DNA from: a virus
Taxonomy: Duplodnaviria > Caudoviricetes
Length of the DNA stretch: 44,154 bases
Direction: 5' to 3' (one strand)
IMG/VR virus record: IMGVR_UViG_3300030397_000609
Location: 1 to 44,154 of that record
Shown here piece after piece: positions 1-7,794 of the stretch. The position numbers and the translations under genes were made by a program. Under the pieces are notes generated by a model that was not told the origin of the DNA, did not search any database, and worked only from the letters and a program-made list of their open reading frames with translations. The first letter of the stretch is position 1. Every line of letters begins with the position of its first letter.

Positions 1-17
1 GTTTCCCAGTCACGATC
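1..17 (+). other. Random-amplification (SISPA round A/B) primer remnant GTTTCCCAGTCACGATC; technical artefact
   Basis: The first 17 nt match the widely used primer tag. Positions 1-11 do not match the duplicated copy at the contig end. Confidence 0.85.
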
Positions 18-149
18 GTAGGCCAAACTCATCTCCTGAAATATAGCATGGAAGTTGGTGCCACCTGCCGTGACATTTTCCATCATGTAGCTCACGATGC
101 CCATCATGCTCATAGACGTTTGGTAGCCTCTGTACCTGGCATGATTTGA
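12..149. repeat. Terminal overlap copy 1 (circular assembly)
   Basis: 12-149 equals 44017-44154 with one mismatch (26 a vs 44031 g), implying a unit length of 44005 bp. Confidence 0.95.
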
Positions 150-1184
150 AAACGACATGAGGTCGGCGTCATTCTTCTTTGCCAGCATTGCACCGAACAT
201 CCAGGCTTTTTGCAAGCTATTGATCATCGAGTAGGACTCATCTACAACCACGCATGTATGACCATCAAAGCGGGGCACGTTCCCCAGGGACTTTTCTGCT
301 GCCTCTTCTATGGCCGATATAATAAGGCGACTGTTGGCATCTTTGCCATCAAATTGCTGCATGGCCGTAAGGAACCTGAACGGCAGCACCCGCGATCTGC
401 GTATCGCATCCTCATTGCACAGCATTTCTACTGCCGTAAGGACGCTGGCAGGTGCTTGCTGCACGATGTTCCGTAGATTGCGAAGCAGGGCAAAATACCC
501 CAGCGTTGCCGATGTTAGAAGGTCGTCCCATGCTTCGGCTTTTAGCTGATCCTTTGTGACATCATCTACCTCAAGCTGCCCGATCTGCGTTAGCCGCGTC
601 TCCCAGGTGTCGGATGTCAGGCTCTCGCCTTTTACCAGCGCCCTGAGTGCTTTGGCGTTGCTTGCCGTTGGCTTGGGATGTACAAGGTTGATTACGTCAA
701 CGAGGCTTACGTCCTTACCCTGTGCCTTGTATTTGCCAAGCTGGTAGTCGTCGAACTTGGCAAACGCATCGCGCAGCCCTTTCTTCAATCCAATGGGAAG
801 GGATTTCTTCTTATGGACAAGGGCATAGGCCATGATTTCCGTCATGTCATCCACGCGCTCTACGACGTTATAAATGAAATTAGGTATCCAACCCTCCCCT
901 GACCCACGCAATGCGACCTCAGCGGCCACAAGGTGCGTTGCGCTGCGGATATGGAGCTTCGTTCTGGCGTATATCGCAGCCTGGGCAGCGAACCGCAAGC
1001 CCACTTTGTCGATGAGCGATTGGATGCGCTCAGCGGTATCATCTAACCTGCGGTAGTATTGGTTGTGTAGGAAGGTCGTTGCCAGAATGGATATAAACTC
1101 CATCTCTGCCGATTGCCTGTAGGCGTGTCCTCCTGCGAAGTTGGTTGTTTGAGTTGTTCTTCTTACGGCATTGAAACGTGACAT
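12..1184 (-). CDS. rsr: Ro60/TROVE-domain RNA-binding protein, N-terminal part (continues across the junction to 43762; about 475 aa in total)
   Basis: Manual translation from ATG 1184 (SD AAAGGAG at 1190-1196): MSRFNAVRRTTQTTNFAGGHAY...AIYARTKLHIRS...FDDYQLGKYK...SLVDVINLVHPKP...TWETRLT...LGYFALLRNLRNI...SRVLPFRF...VVVDESYSM (vWA MIDAS DxSxS). In frame with ORF 43762..44118. Confidence 0.93.
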
Positions 1185-1198
1185 GGCAACTCCTTTAA

Positions 1199-1264
1199 GG
1201 GGGAGGAAAGATGTGTAAGGCTGGTTTCGTTTGCGGCGAAGTACCTCACACAGTCGCAGCCCCC
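1199..1264 (-). ncRNA. Short Y RNA (Ro-binding stem without tRNA domain)
   Basis: GGGGG-CUGCGA-C-UGUGUGAGG-UAC-UUCG..CGAA..CCUUACACA-U-CUUUCCU-CCCCC. The ends pair, it shares the CUGCGA, UACUUCG and pyrimidine motifs with the adjacent RNA, and it lies directly upstream of Ro60. Confidence 0.75.
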
Positions 1265-1270
1265 ATAGAC

Positions 1271-1403
1271 ATGATGGAGAAAAGGTGCTGTGTACGTTTA
1301 GTGCTCTACCACTTGAGCTACAGACAGGTTGCCCTGCCTGACGGGACTCGAACCCGCAACCTCTCGATCCGATTCGAAGTAACACAGCAATCGCAGCCAT
1401 CAT
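1271..1403 (-). ncRNA. yrlA: YrlA-type tRNA-mimic Y RNA
   Basis: Terminal stem AUGAUGG/CCAUCAU and stem UGCUGUG/CACAGCA enclose a permuted tRNA module: T arm GCGGG-UUCGAGU-CCCGU, acceptor-like stem CAGGCAGG-GCAA-CCUGUCUG, then D arm GCUC-AAGUGGUA-GAGC. Adjacent to Ro60. Confidence 0.9.
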
Positions 1404-1405
1404 TG

Positions 1406-1720
1406 TTATGCGAGATTTTCGTATATGTCCATCGCTTCCGTATACCCTAACGCTCGAAGCTGGTATATGAGGACATCTTCTGCCTCTTCGCGTGTAAGGA
1501 CTTGTATGCGGTCACGCAAGTCCTCAAAGGACAAAGGGGCAGTAAGCGCCTCTACAAGCTGTGCCTCTGATTGTTCCAGGGTAAGAGATGGCCCACCGCC
1601 TATGGCAATCACGTTGCCATCCATATCGGAAACACCGAAGCTGCCATCGCCAAAGATTTCTATATCGACAGGCTTGCCGTGTACTTTGGCGTAATTAACG
1701 AGTTTAGCAAAGAGCGTCAT
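1406..1720 (-). CDS. Hypothetical protein (Ro/Y operon)
   Basis: 104-aa ORF, start overlaps the upstream stop, purine-rich SD. Confidence 0.7.
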   Translation of the reverse strand: MTLFAKLVNYAKVHGKPVDIEIFGDGSFGVSDMDGNVIAIGGGPSLTLEQSEAQLVEALTAPLSFEDLRDRIQVLTREEAEDVLIYQLRALGYTEAMDIYENLA

Positions 1721-2019
1721 TGTTCCCTCTCTATCGTTACGGGGACGACCGTGTATATATTGGATTTGCGATTCAGCTGTTCAAGAACGTTAAACGCGGC
1801 CTTCCGATCAGGCCACACACTGTGGGTGGCATCCGTCTGTCCATTGACGATGGCCCAGGCATCTTGCGATGGAGCGCCGAACGTCCACCGCTCTTTTATC
1901 CAGGTACAAAATTCCTCTATCGTATCGAACGTGTCAAGCGTTTCTGGGTCATCACAGGAAGAAAGGATCTCTATCGGTGGTACACCTTCTTGTCTGCGAA
2001 ACTGTAGTATAAACTGCAT
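1717..2019 (-). CDS. Hypothetical protein (Ro/Y operon)
   Basis: ATG 2019 with AGGAG SD at 2025-2029; MQFILQFRRQEG... Confidence 0.7.
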   Translation of the reverse strand: MQFILQFRRQEGVPPIEILSSCDDPETLDTFDTIEEFCTWIKERWTFGAPSQDAWAIVNGQTDATHSVWPDRKAAFNVLEQLNRKSNIYTVVPVTIEREQ

Positions 2020-2029
2020 ATCGTCTCCT

Positions 2030-2193
2030 GGGGAAGCATGGGACTTTAATCTCCGTAAGCACCGACCAATCAAGCATTCGGACATCCCATGTTTACAGTT
2101 CTTCCCGCCTGTGGGGGGGGGCATGGGGCGTTAGTCTCCGTAAGCACCGACCATTTCAAAGCGTTCGGACATCCCATGTTTACAGCCATCCCG
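2030..2193 (-). ncRNA. Two tandem ~80-nt structured RNA units (85-nt period) with predicted pseudoknot
   Basis: Each unit reads CUGUAA-A-CAUGGGA-UGU-CCGA-[variable loop]-UCGG-UGC-UUACGG-AGA-N6-(U/C)CCCAUG. Paired segments are conserved while loops and linkers differ. Confidence 0.7.
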
Positions 2194-2676
2194 TTAGAAA
2201 GGCAGGTCGTCGTCATCCGCGACATCTGTGGCGTCAGAAGGCTTATAAATCTTAGCCTTATTTGTCTCAACCACTTCCTTTTCCGTCTCATCGAGCGGCC
2301 AGATGTTGGCGATGTTGGCATACGTGGCCTCATCGGTCACATTGTGCTTGATCTGGAAGCCGACCTTCTTGCCGATAAGCTCGGCCTCCTCGTCAAAATT
2401 CTCCAGCTCGATGTCTTCCAGACGTCTGTCGGCAATGATTTCCCTGAACTCCGTCAGTGCAGACCTGCGGGATGCAGACTGGTTGAACCGCTTGGCAACC
2501 AGCATTGGCTCGCCTTCCTCGGTACTGTGCTTGTCGCAGACGATCTTGACGACCAGTTTGAGTTTGTTCCCGAACTGCGTCTCGACAACGCCCAAATCTT
2601 CTACTTCTTTAATCACGCCTGTGCATCGACCTTCAGGGTGGGGAGTGAACTTCGTCTTTTCCAGTTTAAACGGCAT
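2194..2676 (-). CDS. Single-stranded DNA-binding-like protein (phage OB-fold type)
   Basis: 160 aa; acidic tail ending DDDDLPF typical of SSBs; N-terminal PEG motif and YANI motif; AGGAG SD. Confidence 0.75.
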   Translation of the reverse strand: MPFKLEKTKFTPHPEGRCTGVIKEVEDLGVVETQFGNKLKLVVKIVCDKHSTEEGEPMLVAKRFNQSASRRSALTEFREIIADRRLEDIELENFDEEAELIGKKVGFQIKHNVTDEATYANIANIWPLDETEKEVVETNKAKIYKPSDATDVADDDDLPF

Positions 2677-2924
2677 GGTGCTTTCTCCTCTTGCGCTGGA
2701 CGCTGTGTCAGCTCATGCGCTTTTGTGATATGTTTGCACTGCAAACCTAATCGGCCCTGTGGACACGTACACGTCCTATCGGCCATGAATACTGTATACT
2801 GCGGAGACTCTTTCCCCTCCTTCCCTACTTTAAAGAAATGGTACATGTCCCTGACCTGCAACACGATATATAAATGTGACCCGCCAGGGGTTGTTATGCG
2901 TTCTGTGGTTAAGGTCGGCTTCAT
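2613..2924 (-). CDS. SWIM zinc-finger protein, probably leaderless
   Basis: CTCPQGRLGLQCKH fits SWIM CxC-xn-CxH; the ATG follows the -10 box after a 7-nt gap, with no SD. Confidence 0.7.
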   Translation of the reverse strand: MKPTLTTERITTPGGSHLYIVLQVRDMYHFFKVGKEGKESPQYTVFMADRTCTCPQGRLGLQCKHITKAHELTQRPAQEEKAPCRLNWKRRSSLPTLKVDAQA

Positions 2925-2931
2925 AATGAGC

Positions 2932-2960
2932 AGTATACAAAAAAGGGCTTGCATTGTCAA
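2932..2960 (-). promoter_or_regulatory. Sigma70-type leftward promoter
   Basis: TTGACA-17 nt-TATACT on the minus strand. Confidence 0.85.
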
Positions 2961-2996
2961 CAGGAAAACATTACCTTTTTGAAAAAAGGAGGCATT

Positions 2997-3275
2997 ATGG
3001 TGCTTAAAGTGAAGGAATTTGTCAATTTGATAGGGCGGGAGAAGATGGCGCGGTACATGGGGTTGGACTACACCTATTTTACGGCGTTGATTGCAGGGAA
3101 TTTCCCTATGTCGCCCCGCAACAAGAAGTTTTTGGATTTTATCGCACGGGCTATCGGTTGTGAAAGAGGTTCGGAGATCACACTGGACTGGGAGGGATAC
3201 GATGTCAGGAAAGGACGAGGGACAGCGCCGCATCGGCGTGTGGTTGGACGCAGAGATGAAGACCCCGTGCATTGA
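2997..3275 (+). CDS. Cro-like HTH regulator (putative)
   Basis: Small ORF divergent from the leftward promoter, AGGAGG SD, HTH-like REKMARYMGLDYTYFTALIAG. Confidence 0.55.
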   Translation: MVLKVKEFVNLIGREKMARYMGLDYTYFTALIAGNFPMSPRNKKFLDFIARAIGCERGSEITLDWEGYDVRKGRGTAPHRRVVGRRDEDPVH

Positions 3276-3639
3276 CTGTCTGTCAGATATTGAGGTGGGT
3301 GAACGGGCATTATTGGTGTACGGTGTCATGGGGCACAACTTTTGCCGTATGGTCTGCGGGGATTGTGTAATAAAAGAGAAGTACGATGAGGAACTTGATA
3401 TACAAGGCGATCCACCGCTGACACACGGCGTGTCCTCACAGGCGAATAAATATACCGTGAATGGGCAACTGTACCTTGTTAAAGAGGACATTCCGTCAGG
3501 GGCGATGAGATGGGCATTGTCGGGTTATTTGTGTATGCAATGCAGAACGGTGTCGTTGACAGGCTCGGATAGCTGCATATGTGAAGGCCCAGTGCCAGAA
3601 TGGACATTGGTAAAACTCTTAATAGTGGAGGATAAATGA
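3202..3639 (+). CDS. Cys-rich zinc-binding hypothetical protein
   Basis: CIDC, CGDC, CMQC and CIC motifs; GGAGG SD. Confidence 0.6.
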   Translation: MSGKDEGQRRIGVWLDAEMKTPCIDCLSDIEVGERALLVYGVMGHNFCRMVCGDCVIKEKYDEELDIQGDPPLTHGVSSQANKYTVNGQLYLVKEDIPSGAMRWALSGYLCMQCRTVSLTGSDSCICEGPVPEWTLVKLLIVEDK

Positions 3640-4091
3640 TGAGCCATCGTAAATATACCGTGAAAGAACGCCGCGAATTTGTAGAGGACTTCCTTGCTGG
3701 GGAGGATTCCCTTGAGGACTTTTCAGAAAAAAGGGGATTCCACCAGAGCAGCCTACGGAATTGGTTAAAAGCCTTTAAAGAAGGGGCTTTGAATGGGCGT
3801 TTTGACAAAATGAAGTCGGTCAGGCAGTCAACCCGCGACCTCGTGAACGGTCAATCTGTTGTAGAAAACATTCAAAGCAATGGGACAGGAAATCAGAGCA
3901 AACATTCAGTCGCGGCAGAAGAATGGCTTACTGCATGGCACATGCTTGTTGATGCCGATGTAAAACTTCGTGATATATGCGATCAGGGGTCGTTGGTAAA
4001 AGTAGGTCAGGGCGTGTACAGTTTTAATGCTGACGCGCCTCTTGCGTCCTCTTTTGATGGTTGTTTACATTATATCGGGGAGATAAAATGA
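3636..4091 (+). CDS. HTH DNA-binding protein (IS3 OrfA-like HTH)
   Basis: RKYTVKERREFVEDFL...SLEDFSEKRGFHQSSLRNWLKAF. Confidence 0.65.
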   Translation: MMSHRKYTVKERREFVEDFLAGEDSLEDFSEKRGFHQSSLRNWLKAFKEGALNGRFDKMKSVRQSTRDLVNGQSVVENIQSNGTGNQSKHSVAAEEWLTAWHMLVDADVKLRDICDQGSLVKVGQGVYSFNADAPLASSFDGCLHYIGEIK

Positions 4092-4255
4092 GACGTAATA
4101 AGAAGTGTTCCCGCTGTGGCGCTATGGTAAATCGTACAAGACGTATGGGCTTGTGTCGGTCTTGTTGGAATGCACGAATGGAATTGGCAAGACAGTTGAT
4201 GAAAAGCGGCCAATCTTTTGTGGACAGGGTAAAAGGGTTAGGAGAGCCACGATGA
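4088..4255 (+). CDS. Small zinc-finger protein
   Basis: CSRC...CRSC; coupled start and stop overlaps. Confidence 0.6.
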   Translation: MRRNKKCSRCGAMVNRTRRMGLCRSCWNARMELARQLMKSGQSFVDRVKGLGEPR

Positions 4256-5238
4256 ACAAGACGTATTCGTTTGACGCTGGGGATGCCAAGCAATATGGCA
4301 TAGATGAGGCGATATTTTTAGAGGAATTGCGCCGATGGATTAAACATAATAAGGTGCAAAAACGGAACGAAAAAGAGGGCAAAACCTGGGTATATAACAC
4401 AAGGGAACAGTGGGCCGAAGCGATAGACATTTTCCCTGAATGGAAGATCAAAAAGATTGTGGCTTCACTCAGGGAACAGGGGGTTATTGAGACAAAACAG
4501 TTTGGGGGGAGCGATGGCAATAAGTTCAATAAACAGAATTGGATAACCGTATCCTCATCGAACGGTCCCAAATCATCCCATCCCATTGGTCCCAAATCGC
4601 ACCAATCGGACAGTCCCAAATCGGACCAATGTAATAATAAGGTTACAGAAAAGATACCAGAAAAGCTACCAGAACTTCGTAGTGAAAAAACCGCTTTTAG
4701 GGATATGGCGAATCCCCGTTATTCGGCACACCGTAAAATTGCAGAACAATCCCTCCGTGCCTGTGGGCACATCACTCCCTCCAAAAAAGAGATCGAGGAT
4801 CTTATCGGTGTCCTTGACGATCTCACAGATGAATGGCCCATAGAAGAGCAAGGAAGGCTTATTCCTTTGATTCTGGCACGCAAACGGGAGCAGGGTGACC
4901 CCATATCATCCCTAACGGGGTTTTTGCGCCGCAGGGACGGCCAGGGTCATCCTTACGGCGATATTGTGAGCGATGAGCGTCTACGGGCATCCATACAGCA
5001 ACAGAAAGAGGCGGCAGACAGGCAGAAGGCATCGGAGGCGGTATATAGTAAGATCTCTACTAAAGACGGGGTTAAGATGTTTTCAGAGGAAGTTAAGAAG
5101 TTGCGCGGCTCACCCACGATGGTGAAGGGAAGTTTAAAGGAGGTGGTGGAGGTAGCGGAGACGGATGACGATATACGGAAAGCGGAAGCGGTTCGCCAGG
5201 AGATAAAACGTCAGCTCGAACAACTACAGGGGGGATGA
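4252..5238 (+). CDS. Phage replication initiator (winged-helix, lambda O/DnaD-like role)
   Basis: N-terminus YGIDEAIFLEELRRWI...GKTWVYNTREQW...LREQGVI is typical of phage replisome organizers; internal iterons. Confidence 0.8.
   Translation: MNKTYSFDAGDAKQYGIDEAIFLEELRRWIKHNKVQKRNEKEGKTWVYNTREQWAEAIDIFPEWKIKKIVASLREQGVIETKQFGGSDGNKFNKQNWITVSSSNGPKSSHPIGPKSHQSDSPKSDQCNNKVTEKIPEKLPELRSEKTAFRDMANPRYSAHRKIAEQSLRACGHITPSKKEIEDLIGVLDDLTDEWPIEEQGRLIPLILARKREQGDPISSLTGFLRRRDGQGHPYGDIVSDERLRASIQQQKEAADRQKASEAVYSKISTKDGVKMFSEEVKKLRGSPTMVKGSLKEVVEVAETDDDIRKAEAVRQEIKRQLEQLQGG
4565..4675 (+). repeat. Putative replication origin: iterons within the initiator gene
   Basis: GTCCCAAATC at 4565, 4589 and 4613 (24-bp period), then an A-rich stretch and 12-bp-period CAGAA(AAG) repeats. 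Confidence 0.75.
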
Positions 5239-5516
5239 TGTCCTACAGTCATTTTCAAATGAACGATGATCTGGTTAATTACCTGGCCCACGATCAGGCT
5301 ATAACGTGGACAGATGAGAACAGGATGCTGGTGGTGAAATTATATATCGCCGCATGGCAGCGTATGGGAAAGCCCGAAGAGGGGCTTACGGAGTTTGTGG
5401 AGGAGCTGGCTTCGATCCTTGCAACGGATGAGGACGAGCTGAATGGTGATGAGTTCCGTGAGGCATTGCAGAAGATATTCGTTGCCGCCTCATATCAAGA
5501 TGGGAGTTTAAATTGA
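5235..5516 (+). CDS. Hypothetical protein
   Basis: Coupled 93-aa ORF. Confidence 0.65.
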   Translation: MMSYSHFQMNDDLVNYLAHDQAITWTDENRMLVVKLYIAAWQRMGKPEEGLTEFVEELASILATDEDELNGDEFREALQKIFVAASYQDGSLN

Positions 5517-5887
5517 CGATTGATATTATCACATGCCGTACCCAGGGGGATTTAGAGCAGATGAAGTTCATCGCTACGCACCGTCATATGAAAGACCATC
5601 CCAAGTGGAACGATCTTCGTACGCCTGATTTTAAGAAGGTTCCTGTTCATGTTGACCTGCTGGGGCAAGCCTCTGCCCCGCCTGAAGAGGTGGCGCTGAT
5701 AGAGGAGCTGTGGCCGCTGCACAGCATAGAGGTGCAGGGTGGGGGATGCGTCCTGTGTCGTGTGTCTGGCCTTACCAGCGATAATGCAGGAAGGCTGAAG
5801 GGCAACAGGTTCATGTGGGCAACGCACCGCGATGGCAAGAAAATAGGGACACATGGTGTATGGATGCCGTGTGTATGCACATCATGA
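5513..5887 (+). CDS. Hypothetical protein with CxxC/CxC motifs
   Basis: Coupled ORF; CVLC...PCVC. Confidence 0.6.
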   Translation: MTIDIITCRTQGDLEQMKFIATHRHMKDHPKWNDLRTPDFKKVPVHVDLLGQASAPPEEVALIEELWPLHSIEVQGGGCVLCRVSGLTSDNAGRLKGNRFMWATHRDGKKIGTHGVWMPCVCTS

Positions 5888-6087
5888 TGTACCGATTGCA
5901 TGACCATGTGTTCGATCTGGATCTTGTCAAGATGGTAGGCCGAACAGATGGGGCGTTAACTACAATATTTATGGACTCCCCTTCGATCCCTGCTGCCTAT
6001 ATCAGATGCACAAATGAGGAGCATGAGAAGCTGCTTGATATGATTGTGACTATGGATCATATAGGCAGGAAAGGAAGTTGGGAATGA
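5884..6087 (+). CDS. Hypothetical protein
   Basis: ATGA overlap coupling. Confidence 0.55.
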   Translation: MMYRLHDHVFDLDLVKMVGRTDGALTTIFMDSPSIPAAYIRCTNEEHEKLLDMIVTMDHIGRKGSWE

Positions 6088-6272
6088 AAGAATATTTTGT
6101 AAGGTGGAAACAGTGGGATAGGCAACGGACGGTCTGCCATAAGACAAATGACAAGAACATCACTTTGTGCGGACTAACAATCCCTTTCGTTCGGGTTCAA
6201 GAGTTGCGATACGATACAAAACACTGGATTGGGAGTCGGTTTTGTAAAAAGTGTTTCTCGCAAGGCGGATAA
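6084..6272 (+). CDS. Small zinc-binding hypothetical protein
   Basis: H...TLCG...CKKC. Confidence 0.55.
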   Translation: MKEYFVRWKQWDRQRTVCHKTNDKNITLCGLTIPFVRVQELRYDTKHWIGSRFCKKCFSQGG

Positions 6273-6294
6273 CCAAAACCGTCACGCCGCTAAT

Positions 6295-6945
6295 ATGATA
6301 AAAGAGTGTCTAAATAAGGATCTTCTTGTGGCCTTTGCCTTTATCCCTCATAGCAAAAGCAAATATGCCCCAGATCCTAAATGGATCTACTACGATGTAA
6401 CGGACGACATGAGGGCGTTTGCCAGGGAGCGGGTAAAGGCCAAAGATGGTCGTGCATTTTCGCGGCGCACAGTAAGCGATGCGTCATGGGCCAACAGGTT
6501 TTACAACGGCGTCTTAGGGGAGGTGGTATTTAAACACGATTTGAGACAACACAACGTCAGTGTGTTGCATGATCCGTTCCATGATCGGGGGGATGATCCT
6601 GATGACGATTACATCGTGGGCCACTTTGGGTCGTTCCAGTTCGACATAAAAACACGGACTGGCAGGACATCCCCCCGTCTTACATATGACAGGGTGTTCC
6701 CAGCGCATGAGCTTAAAGTCCCCAACTTTGTGGTGATGTATTACCATAGTACATTGGAGCGGATGTATGTGATCGGCATGATAACGGCAGAGCTTATAAA
6801 GGACAGCCCTTTGCTTGCCCCTGGTGCCGACATGGGTAGGGGTTATAAAAGCCGTCACGGGGGATACAGGGTGCCCTATGGGGCGTTCTACCCTCTGCCG
6901 TGGCATAAAGGGACATCCATCAAGGAGGTGTTTCCTCTTGTGTGA
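6295..6945 (+). CDS. PD-(D/E)XK-fold nuclease (putative)
   Basis: GVLGEVVF...DPDDDY...FDIKTR catalytic-like pattern; start uncertain. Confidence 0.6.
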   Translation: MIKECLNKDLLVAFAFIPHSKSKYAPDPKWIYYDVTDDMRAFARERVKAKDGRAFSRRTVSDASWANRFYNGVLGEVVFKHDLRQHNVSVLHDPFHDRGDDPDDDYIVGHFGSFQFDIKTRTGRTSPRLTYDRVFPAHELKVPNFVVMYYHSTLERMYVIGMITAELIKDSPLLAPGADMGRGYKSRHGGYRVPYGAFYPLPWHKGTSIKEVFPLV

Positions 6946-7016
6946 TTGGGTGATCTATTGCGTAGACAGATGTAACGAACCATTGTGGTGCAGTTTCTTC
7001 GGTTGTAGGAGGGGGC

Positions 7017-7793
7017 ATGGATCAGAGCGAGGTCAGGCATATAAAGAAGATGTTCGACGAGGAGAACGTTCACCTGAGGGAGATCGTCAGGAACAGGTGG
7101 CTAATCGGGAGGGCGCTGCATGAGGGAGATTTTAACCTGGTTGAGGTTAGTAATACTGTCGGGCGCAGCAGGTCTGTTCTTAGCCGTTGTCGTCAATTTT
7201 ATATATTATATCCTAACGAGAATCTCTTAGAAGATGTCATCAAAGAGACAGGATCGTGGACGCAGGTATGCCGTAAGGCGCTGCCAACAAGAGCCAGAGA
7301 CGACGATAGCATAGAGCCTATTGCTTCCAACCTTGAACAGGCCGCTATGGAGGCAGAGGAGTTCGCAGCCTATTCCCATAGTGAGGAAGTAAAGCGGGAG
7401 ATGGCTGTTGCTGCCGCTGCTTCTGCCAATGCTTTACTGGAGGTATCCCAGCGTCTCGACCCTGACCTTGAGTTATCCACAGAGGTGTGCGCCCCCGCAC
7501 AGTGGATACCTGGTAACGTGTATACTTTAACCCGTTCGCAGCAGAACATGATACAGGCGCTTTACAGGACGTTCCCCTGCATGAGGTGTCATACGGAGTT
7601 TGATATTACGTTCCATCACTGGCCGCTTACGAAGGGCGCTGGTGGCAAAGATTGGCGTGGGCTACCTCTGTGTCCTACGTGCCACAGTTATGCCCAGGAG
7701 AACCCACAGGAGTTCGTGGAGACGGTGGATATAATAGATTGGATGCAAGACCAGCTTGCAATGGCGTTTGTGATGCTCAGTGAGAGGAAATGA
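7017..7793 (+). CDS. N-terminal helical/HTH domain plus C-terminal HNH-like zinc nuclease domain
   Basis: PCMRC...HHWPLTKGAGGKD...LPLCPTCH. Confidence 0.7.
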   Translation: MDQSEVRHIKKMFDEENVHLREIVRNRWLIGRALHEGDFNLVEVSNTVGRSRSVLSRCRQFYILYPNENLLEDVIKETGSWTQVCRKALPTRARDDDSIEPIASNLEQAAMEAEEFAAYSHSEEVKREMAVAAAASANALLEVSQRLDPDLELSTEVCAPAQWIPGNVYTLTRSQQNMIQALYRTFPCMRCHTEFDITFHHWPLTKGAGGKDWRGLPLCPTCHSYAQENPQEFVETVDIIDWMQDQLAMAFVMLSERK

Positions 7794-7794
7794 T

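Noticed and set aside
12-149. Biological direct terminal repeat
   Set aside because: It lies mid-gene, adjoins a primer tag and is the size expected of an assembly overlap
1298-1365. tRNA gene or attP tRNA fragment
   Set aside because: The arms are permuted (T before D), there is no anticodon loop or CCA end, and the acceptor stem is closed by a GCAA loop. This fits YrlA rather than a tRNA.
2030-2193. Mini-CRISPR or TIGR array
   Set aside because: Only two units, with unequal variable segments, no box C/D motifs and no cas or tas gene. Conservation follows base pairing instead.
1717-2333. ORFs 1717..2124 (long start) and 2070..2333 reading through the repeats
   Set aside because: A better SD supports ATG 2019, and the extensions are just translations of the RNA repeat or overlap the SSB gene
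3636-4091. IS3-family insertion sequence
   Set aside because: Only an OrfA-like HTH is present, with no DDE transposase or inverted repeats, and the gene is coupled within an operon
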